Positions 25,230-34,400 of a stretch of DNA of 64,000 bases are shown here, in pieces. The translations under genes were made by a program, and so were the position numbers. A model generated the notes under the pieces. That model was given only the letters and a program-made list of their open reading frames with translations. It was not told where the DNA came from and made no database searches. The stretch spans positions 14,138,001 to 14,202,000 of the forward strand of contig CM097885.1 of the NCBI GenBank assembly GCA_044892525.1, written 5' to 3'. Origin of the DNA: Schmidtea polychroa (Eukaryota). Position 1 is the first letter of the stretch. Each line of letters begins with the position of its first letter.

Positions 25230-25475
25230 ATGCAAGAAGCCTCGGAGATGACATGCAAAGAGTGTAAAACAAGTACGCAAGAACTAAAACAAAAGTTTCG
25301 TAGCATGCAGGGCAGAATAACAGATTTGGAGGAAGAAAACTTCCGTCTGAAAAGGCGGTTGGACCGTTTGGAAATCTTATTGTTTCAACACGAAGCCGAT
25401 TTCGCGATGTTTCGAATGAGAGTAGAAGAAATGGAGGAATCGGAAGATGATGGTGAGATAAATCAATTAGACTAA
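25230..25475 (+). CDS. Small accessory ORF (81 aa): CxxC, leucine-zipper-like coil, acidic tail
   Basis: CKEC then heptads ITDLEEENFRLKRRLDRLE; ATG 4 nt after a splice acceptor (TTTAATTTCAG, 25226); GC-richer than flanks. Confidence 0.6.
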   Translation: MQEASEMTCKECKTSTQELKQKFRSMQGRITDLEEENFRLKRRLDRLEILLFQHEADFAMFRMRVEEMEESEDDGEINQLD

Positions 25476-25554
25476 AAAAATAAATTATTTAAACGGAGGA
25501 ATCGGAAGATGATGGTGAGATAAATCAATTAGACTAAAAAAATAAATTATTTAA

Positions 25555-25770
25555 ACGGCATGGGAATTAACAGTTAAATATCAGCGATGGATAACCGATC
25601 CAGGCAGATGGCAAACAGTTTTCGTGGAAGTCAAGACAATCAATGAATCGAAACGAAAATCATATACAACCACATCACCTCTCCAATTACCGACCCAAGA
25701 GACGACAAAACCTAACTCAAACAAACTAATGATGATAAATTCGGATTTGACAGTCAACTATTGTGAATAT
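25555..25770 (+). repeat. 216-bp direct repeat of 24707-24922, preceded by a 62-bp tandem duplication (25433-25558)
   Basis: Direct sequence identity; ACGG at the junctions. Confidence 0.93.
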
Positions 25771-26200
25771 ATTTTTTTCGTCCTCGAGAGAAAAAAAAAT
25801 AATAGTTAAATAATTATAAGTAAATTAACAAATAATCAAATGAATAAACAAATTGATATAAATAAATAAGTAAAAAAGTGATAAATTAAATGAATGAATA
25901 ATAGATAAAAATGAACAAAGTTAAACGAGCAAATAGAATAACTCAAATAAATGTTGCAAATAATGAAATGACTACCTTAAATGAGCATTAGAAATAAATA
26001 ATATGACTGATTAGTAATTAATGAATTAGCATAGCTATATAGCAATGGGTAACCCACTGGGCGAGAGGACAAAATTATAAACAAGTAAGGAATAATTTCA
26101 CATTAGTAGTAACAAAGACTAATCGCGAAGAGGGACACAATTACCCCACCCTTTCTAGCATAATTAAAAACAAAGGTATGCTGAACATTTATTCAAAGTT

Positions 26201-26502
26201 TTATTCGTCATCAGAGTCCAACAGAACGGGACTTTGGATGCCACAATCCCATTCCCTGCGTACATTGCAAGGCGGGCGTCTTTCAAACCTACTGCCTGTA
26301 TCCACACAGGCAAAGGTACGTTTCAATCCCTTTCGACGCGGTGGTAAAGGGACCCTGAAAAAGAAATTAAAAACCTGTTAGATGGCAGTTAAATAACCAT
26401 TGCATAACATCGAGATGTTCAAACTTAGGTTCTGGCACAGCCTAAAATAGTAAGGGTTGAAAAGAAAAAATGAAATAAATACTATGTAAAACTCCGTACC
26501 AT
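26201..26502 (-). CDS. Predicted 3-exon antisense gene, 66 aa (exons 26502-26500, 26441-26398, 26354-26201)
   Basis: GCCATG, then GTACGG..TTTTAG intron (58 nt), then GTTATT..CTAAC..TTTCAG intron (43 nt); spliced frame MAVPEPKFEHLDVMQWVPLPPRRKGLKRTFACVDTGSRFERRPPCNVRREWDCGIQSPVLLDSDDE*; AATAAA at and after the stop. Confidence 0.6.
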
Positions 26503-29500
26503 GGCGCCCTCGACAAATAATTAGTGCAGGGAAGTAATTGATTTTAAGAATTACGTAATAAATTAATAAGTATAAATACGGCTAAAATTGTCAGAAAAAT
26601 ACGAGTAGCTGTAATTAGAGGTTTGCTTTTAGTATAAATACAAAATCAAAAATCAAAAATATATGACCCAAAACATGAGTGTAGGTAGTTGCATAAACAA
26701 ATTAACGAATTAAAATTAAAAAGTAAATAAGTTAATTTAATATGCAACACGAGCACTTGCAATCACCGGGGTTTGGCTACCCTGGACAGCGATTGCAAGT
26801 GTTCGGTTACTATGAAGGTAGTTGAGGACAGCATGGTAAAAAGAATCACAAATACAAAAAATAACAAAAGATAGTTAATCACTTACGTCCATAGTAATTG
26901 AGGGATGGCGTTACTAAAATTCAAAAAAAAAAATATGAAAAGAAAAATAAAATATAAAATGCTTACTTCAAGATTGGCAAGACAAAACTAACGAAAAGTG
27001 GTAAAGCAGAAACTTATATAGAACGCTTATCAGTACAGACTACGTTGACAAACTACAGAGTAATTAATTAGAAAGCTTATCAGCACGGCTACGTAAGAAA
27101 CCACAGGGTAATTAATTATAGAGCCTATCGGTATCGGCTACGTCAAAAACCGCAGGATAAGAAAAAATTCATTCGGAATATTAATGTTCATCGCAGATAC
27201 CTTATCAGGCTGAGTAAACAGTCGGTCGGTGCGGGGGAGATTAACTTTTTACCATGCTGCGAGCGAAATAAACCAACAAATTATTAATAACAAAAAATTA
27301 TTTTTAAATCATAATATTAATAATAATAGTAATAATGATGAAAGAAAAAAGAAAAAAAAATAAAATAAAATAAATAAATTACCTTGCAACTGAGAATAAA
27401 TTAGGCATATATTCTGCACATAAAAATCGATTTCCGCAATCAATAAAAAAAAAAAAAAAAAAAAAAAATTTATCAGTGGTTTATCAAAATAAAAGCCCCA
27501 GAAAATTCGAGTCACAATGGCTTCCAAAATTCAATATGCGCTCCCTAGAAATATTTAAAACCAACCAATTCTGTTATTGGGTTGAGCTAATTTTTGTTCC
27601 CGGGTCGATAATAAAATTTGCGGTTGTGTCTGATAAGTAGAATGACTGACCAATCAGTTTGAAATATTCATTGGGATGAATTTTGAAGAAAATTGACACA
27701 CATATACACGCAAGTGCACTCATTTATAGATACACACAAAGAACCCCGATTAATGTACAAGTACCGTGAACTACTTAATTGTAAAGACACACACACAGAC
27801 AGACACACAAGCATGATTCCAACAAATATAATTTAATTTAAAAATTTTTTTTTTGAAACAACTAAATAACTTTTTATGATTGCAATTTTTTTTATGAATT
27901 AATTATTCAAATCAAACTTTATTTTCATCTCAGAGAATTAAATTTTTTTGAGAATTTACGTGGATAATAAAATTAAAACAACTTTTGAATGTTAAATGAA
28001 TATGTAGACCACATAATTTAGCTAATTGAATGTCTTTAATTTGGCCATTTTGCTTCAATTTCCACTTTTGTATAAAGAAATTATATTAAATCAATTTCAC
28101 CTTTAATACTTTTTCAGTGTTCTGTACCTCAGAATACTCAAATGAAATACTGTACGACACCATTTTTGAGTAATTCACATTTTGCGATTAAATAGTTTCA
28201 TTTATTTTAATTACCTCCTAATGAAGATTTTTAAGTAAAATAATTTTCACTATGTTTTCAATTTTTTTTTAAAATAATAATCTAATTAAAATATTTAATA
28301 TGAATTAATCATGAAACTTAAATTTTTGAAGAAGTTTATGTTTCACGTAGATCATCAATTCTTAACATTCCTCAATCATTGCTTCTAACTGCATAGCATT
28401 CTGGAACCATATATTCATATCTCTAATAAATTCATCATTTATTCTGAGAGAGGTTTTAACTACAATAACCTTACCAGACTGTCTTTGGTCTACTCGACCA
28501 TTTGAAAGATCCTGAAAATGTCTAATATCAGATAATATCTTTAACTGTGTTTCTGATCAGAATTAAATAATCCTTATATTTCATGCCTTTAATCCTTTAA
28601 TCCTTCACCGTCGCTGATTGAACGCGAATAATTTGAAAACATATAAATAAAATTACGTTTTAATATATATCATTAATATCCTTCACCGTCGCTGATTGAA
28701 CGCGAATAATTTGAAAACATATAAATAAAATTACGTTTTAATATATATCATTAATAAAGTAATAGAGAGACAATTAATGAGAAAAATCAGTTGTGATAAA
28801 CTGATATAGTTTCAAAATTTCTCCAATAGCAGGAATTATCGAATCGACCAATCGAATTCGTTTCGGATGACAGAAATATATTCTCTGTGCTGCCTATAAA
28901 CATACTTGAGCAAAATATTTATCAAAAATCGTATAGAAATTATCGAATCGACCAATCGAACTTGAGCAAAATATTGATCAAAAAGATTTTATCATTTTAA
29001 TAATAAAGAAACAAATTCAATATCAACTTTTTCTAAATGATTTTATTGTTTTGACATATTATCAAAGATTTTAGTCCCACGAAATTAGCCTGCCAATTTA
29101 CAAAAACTGATAAATCTTAAGTTATTACCTGGTAACAAATATAGTCGCTCATTTCATAACCACTTGGAGTTTCAGTTAATTAATTTTCGGCTTATTTCTG
29201 ATAAGAATTATGACGCGTAGGCATTATAAACGAGAATCTTAAAAACAATGATTTATTTACCATTATTCATTCTTATCAATTTTATTCCAGAAATCACATT
29301 AATAATACATAAATTAATCAAAGTCAAAATGTTCTCCATCTATAATGCGGAGAACTCGACATTAGTTGCTTATTTTTAGATAACTATTATATTTGGAGTT
29401 TATATTAGTTTTCCATATGCAAATTTTAGTTCATTGTTAAGTCTGTTTCCATTCCCAGACTTTATAAAATTCAGTGACGAAAACAATTGTTTACATGAAT

Positions 29501-30001
29501 ATGTTAAACAAAACATTATTAAAAGATAATCTTACAGTGTTATCATTGTAATAAGTATCTGGTGAAATTTGATATATATTTTTTTTGATATATAATTTTA
29601 AATTAAAAATAATGGCGATTTCAACACTGCCTAAATATATTTAAGTTATTATTACCGTTAGGGGGTTTCAATAGGCCAAGATTTCATTTAAATTCAATTA
29701 AATCGTTTGATCAATAATTAATAAAAACCACGACCAATTTCATCAAAAAAAAAGGGGGGTTTCAATAGGCCAAGATTTCATTTAAATTCAATTAAATCGT
29801 TTGATCAATAATTAATAAAAACCACGACCAATTTCATCATTTCTCATATTTTTGGGTTATTATTAATGAAATATCAAGGTTTTTATATCTTTCGACATTG
29901 GCGAAAACAATTGCTCATTGTAACATTATTTATGTATACTTGGTTAAAATTCAACAAAACTTTCCATTAAAACACAAATTTCGAGGACGAAAAGATTTTT
30001 T

Positions 30002-30012
30002 AAGGGGGGAGA
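30002..30012 (+). promoter_or_regulatory. Polypurine tract of copy 1
   Basis: AAGGGGGGAGA 2 nt upstream of the LTR start. Confidence 0.9.
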
Positions 30013-30014
30013 TA

Positions 30015-31055
30015 TGTTGAGGTCCGTAAATTAAAATTGAAAATTTAAATAAAATTTAGAATAATAATTCAAATGGAAAGTAAGCGAGGAAAAAAGGCAA
30101 ATAAAAGCGGGATCGTGCACAGAATCAATAGTAAAGGAAAGTGCGATGGAAACAGTATTAGAAAATGCAAAAAGCAATTACGAAAGGCGAGAATCCGGAA
30201 ATCCGAGAAAAATCAATAAATGGAAAAATCATCGAAATCGAATGGGAAAAACGGGACAGGTATAGATTAGCTAATGGTCAACAAGATGATGGTCAGGGAT
30301 TTATCAGAAAAGGGTTAGGAAGGGTCGAAAAACATTCAAACGTATGAAAACAGAAAACGTTAATTAATTAATTAATTGGCTAATGGAAAACCCGAGCCAA
30401 TGGAGAACCCGAGAGATAAAGGAAACCCGAGCTGGGTAAACAAGAAGAAAGGCAAACAAAAGGAAGATTTGGGCCCATTAGCTTGACACAATGATTAATG
30501 GGAAAAGAGTAAGGAGAAGATAGCGCGCGTAGGAAGACCGGTAGGGCCATTAATTATCTGGATTCGTTGGACCATTATGGATGACAGCCGAAGCAAACAC
30601 GTAGGAGAAAATGTCAAACGAAAGATTGGCTCGGCAATAACCATTTGTCATCCTGATTTCGAGGAGTATATAAGCAAAGGGAAAATCAGAGAAAATCGGC
30701 ATTTTGCCTCAGGTAGGTTAAGAAGAATTAGACTGTAGGAAAAGTGGTAAACGAATTAGGGAAGTAGGGAAAAGAAGAAATAGAATTAAGAATACGGAAA
30801 GGCGAAAAGGGATCAAACCAAAGAGAAACCGAGGAAAAAGAGAGTCGAGATAACTAAAGGATCAAAAGGTGAATATTGTTTGTTTGCAAAGCATCAACGC
30901 CGAGCGGAGAATCGTATAAAACTTTGATTGGTAATTGTAACGTGATAATAAATTGTGAACTTGTTGTTTCAATATACGTTGGGTCGTTCATTGTTTTACT
31001 TTAAAGAACACCAGGAGTCAGAGAGAACCGACTTGAAATAATCCAAAACCCAACA
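30015..31055 (+). repeat. Shared LTR (1041 bp): 3' LTR of copy 1 and 5' LTR of copy 2
   Basis: TGTTG..CAACA; preceded by PPT and followed by PBS; TATATAA 30667, candidate donor CAG|GTAGGT at 30713, AATAAA 30947. Confidence 0.96.
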
Positions 31056-31062
31056 TATATTC

Positions 31063-31081
31063 TGGTGAGCCCGACGTGATT
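31063..31081 (+). promoter_or_regulatory. Primer-binding site, tRNA-Trp
   Basis: TGGTGAGCCCGACGTGATT, one mismatch from the canonical tRNA-Trp PBS TGGTGACCCCGACGTGAT; 7 nt after the LTR end. Confidence 0.88.
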
Positions 31082-31303
31082 GAAAGTCGGCGGAAAATTA
31101 TTGAAAGTTAGTGGAAAAATTAATTGTTGGAAAAAATAGTACCGACGTGATTGAAAGTCGGCGGAAAATTATTGAAAGTTAGTGGAAAAATTAATTGTTG
31201 GAAAAAATAGTACCGACGTGATTGAAAGTCGGAGGGAAATTATTGAAAGCTAGTGAAAAAGGAATTATAAAAAGAATTAGTACTGACGTGAGTGAAAGTC
31301 GGC
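31071..31303 (+). repeat. ~71-bp tandem repeat in the 5' leader (3 full units plus 1 partial)
   Basis: Units start at 31071, 31142, 31213 and 31283 with C(C/T)GACGTGA(T/G)TGAAAGTCGG. Confidence 0.9.
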
Positions 31304-31455
31304 TTAGAAGTTTGAAAATAGTGTTAACGAGATTATAAAAGGCTATTATTGGGAGATTTAAAAGAAGTTGAAAAGTAATTTTAAATTATTGTTTAACGTT
31401 TGAAGTTTAGCTCAAAGTGAACCGATACAACCTCAGAAGTCAGAAACAAGTCCAA

Positions 31456-34400
31456 ATGGCAAATGATAATGCTGTTATGCCTCTCAATAGAGAGATGATT
31501 GACTTCGCAAGTTGCCAGAAATTACCCGTCAATCAATATGGAGGAGACCCTGTTGAATTTGCAGATTTCATGGGAGATTATTATATGTACGCCTCAGCAT
31601 ACGGATGGACACAAGCCATTATGGTTCAGAGATTCCCACTCTATCTGAAGGGTGCGGCAAGAGAAGCCTGGCAGCAAGTCGACAAACGAAATGTTGGCAA
31701 TGATTGGACAAAATTGAAGGATGCAATGGCACTGAAACTGGTTGGTGGAGATATCAAAAGAATCATGCGACAGAAATTTTATAATCGAGTTCAAGGTCCA
31801 GATGAATCGGTCAGTGAGTTTGCTTATCATCTGACCACTTTAGCAGATAAAGCCTTTGAAGTTAAACCAGACCAAGCAGAAATGGCCAAGCAGGTTAAAG
31901 AGCTATTAGAAGATCAGTTTATAACCGGAGTCCACTCCGAAATCAAAAAAGCCCTATGTTATGTGGATTTTTCCAATTTTGATGAGCTCGTGAAGAAAGC
32001 CATGAAGATAGAGCTGAATTTAAAAAGTGCAAAAAGATCAGATGCTTTTGGAGTTAATGTGGAGAGACGTGAGCGATCAATTACGCCTGTGAGAGCACCA
32101 TGGGATGAAAAGAAAATAAATCAAATCAGTAGTCCAATTTTGAGACCAAATAATAGATTTCAAGCCAGTAGATCAGCCATGAACGTACAATCAAATGGAC
32201 AGGTAAATAATCCTCAATGCGAACATTGCAAAAAGTCTGGACACTACTCAAATCAATGTTGGTTCAAATATGGGAGAAATCCCAGCCCTAACAAGAGATT
32301 TACAGAAAACAAACGGATCAGCAGTGATGTCGAATGCTATCGATGCGGAAAGAAAGGGCATATTAGCAGAAACTGTTTTACCAGATCAAGGTCATCGTCA
32401 ACGTCACCTTCACCACAAAGGGACAAAGTGAATACAAATGGACAGATCCAATGTCATTCGTGCAAGGGATACGGCCACATGGCTCGATCATGCCCAAGGA
32501 ACTCAGAAAGATTCAACAGACCTATCTTAAAGAAATCAATCAGATTCCAAGAAGATATGCCAAACACTAGTAATATGACATATGCTCAGAGAGAAGAATT
32601 TCAAGACAAAATGGAAAAGGAATTTCGAGAAATGCGACAGAAGCTGAACAAACTAGTGGCGAAATTTGAATCAGATGAGGAAACTGAATCTCATATGATA
32701 ATGGGAACCGTGTCAGAAGGTGAGGGAAAACCTGCCACGAAAGTGCGAAAGATCGCATCAGATGAGAATCCGACTACACTGTTAGCACGAGTCGAAAAAT
32801 GGCTTGAGAAAATGGAAACTGACAACTCCCAGTTGAAACGATGGATCGCAGAACTCAGTGTGATGTCACTAACCCAAAGCGAACTAAAGAGAGCCATAAA
32901 TTTATGTGCAAAGTTATTCAAAGGAAACAGAGACGATGAGATACGTAAACAAATGCAAAAGTTTGGCAAGGCTTTACGGTCAACAAGGGATTTAGCTGAT
33001 ATCATAGTGGAAACGACGGGACTTGATAATGTGAAGTGCCAATTCCGTGTAAATGCCTACGGACAAATCAGAGAGCTAAAGGAGCGAATACTGCGTCAAT
33101 ACAGTGGATGGCAAGTGCAATTAAAATATGAGAATCGATGTCTGGAAGACGAAGAGTACTTAGTAGATTGCGGTCTGATACCAGGCTGGAAAAATAAAGT
33201 AAATGTTATTAATGCTGTTAATACTTTGAATTCAGACAGACAAAATTGGGAAAAGATTCTAGCAGATTTACAAGATACCCTGTATGCAGGGAATAGAGAT
33301 AAAATTAATGCGAGTATCGACTTCATAATGAGCATCGAAATGGATCGAGACATGAAAGAAGGGTTGTTTGAATGCATCGTACCGTATACGAATAAACCGA
33401 CGAGTTATCAGGCAAAACTAAAAGAGGTAATCCGAAAACTAGGACATGATTATGAGGCGGCAGACGATAGTGCGAAGTCTTTGATAATAGCGTTAAATAT
33501 TGCGGATCAAAGGATTGAATATTATCAGGAACATTGGAGTGTAAAAGCAAAGAAAATACGACAAAAAGCAGCGGAGATATTAGGTAATGAAGGAATTATC
33601 GTGTTGACGTTCAAAGGACGAGAATTGGATGATGACGAATATTTATTAAACTACGGATGTAACCCAAATTGTATTAATAATGTGTACGCAACAAAACAAA
33701 GTGATGAAATGGAAAGAGATGCGGTAATAGTACCGTTTTGGCCTCTATATGAGGAAATGGATAATAATAATGTGGAGATTAAAACTGAAGTTGTAGATGA
33801 CCCAGGAGAAATTGATCAAGAAATTAATGAGTTGCAGAGATTAGAAACAATGGAAAATGAGGAAATGAGATCGGAAAATGAGGTTACAAGGGATATCGAG
33901 GAAATGAGCACCGATAATAGGATACTACCGAACATAGATGAGATGAAAAGCGAAGAGAACTTCGTTGAAACGAAAAATGACATTGCGATATGTCGGAAAA
34001 AACAGAATGATGCGGAAATTGAATCTTTGAGTTTAGATAAATCGAGCGAAACTGAGCGTTTAGATGAATCAAACGAGACTGAACGAATATTAAAAAGTTT
34101 AGTTACGGAATTGTACTTGTTAGATGAAACTGAAACAGAAGATGATACTTCGGAGGGGGAGGAAAGAGTTGTAAAAAGATTGGCAACGGAATTAAAGAGG
34201 AGATTACCGTCGATAATTAAAAGAAATTATGAAGAAAAGGAATTTTGTGAGGAAGCAGTGATTGAGGACCTAACACGAACTGAGTTGGATCGAGATGTAA
34301 TATTGACAGCGTTAGCTTATATAATATTGGAGATTGGTATTTATGGTTGTCTGGAAAATGACAGTTCAAAATCATTGATAAAGAAAGCTACGGAAATGAC

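Larger units (their letters stand above)
17390..31055 (+). mobile_element. Gypsy-order LTR retroelement, copy 1 (5'-truncated; lacks 5' LTR, gag and Ubl domains)
   Basis: Identity with copy 2 starts at GAGGAAATGGAT (17390 = 33751); PR-RT-RH-IN order; ends with PPT and LTR. Confidence 0.95.

Noticed and set aside
26178..26381. 67-aa plus-strand ORF, also at 41691 and 46625
   Set aside because: Most likely the shadow of the minus-strand spliced exon, which has splice and poly(A) signals
27021..27160. Hammerhead ribozyme (minus-strand CTGATAAG resembles CUGAUGA)
   Set aside because: No correctly placed GAAAC and stems found
31071..31303. CRISPR-like repeat-spacer array
   Set aside because: Whole units repeat without unique spacers; eukaryotic context; no cas genes
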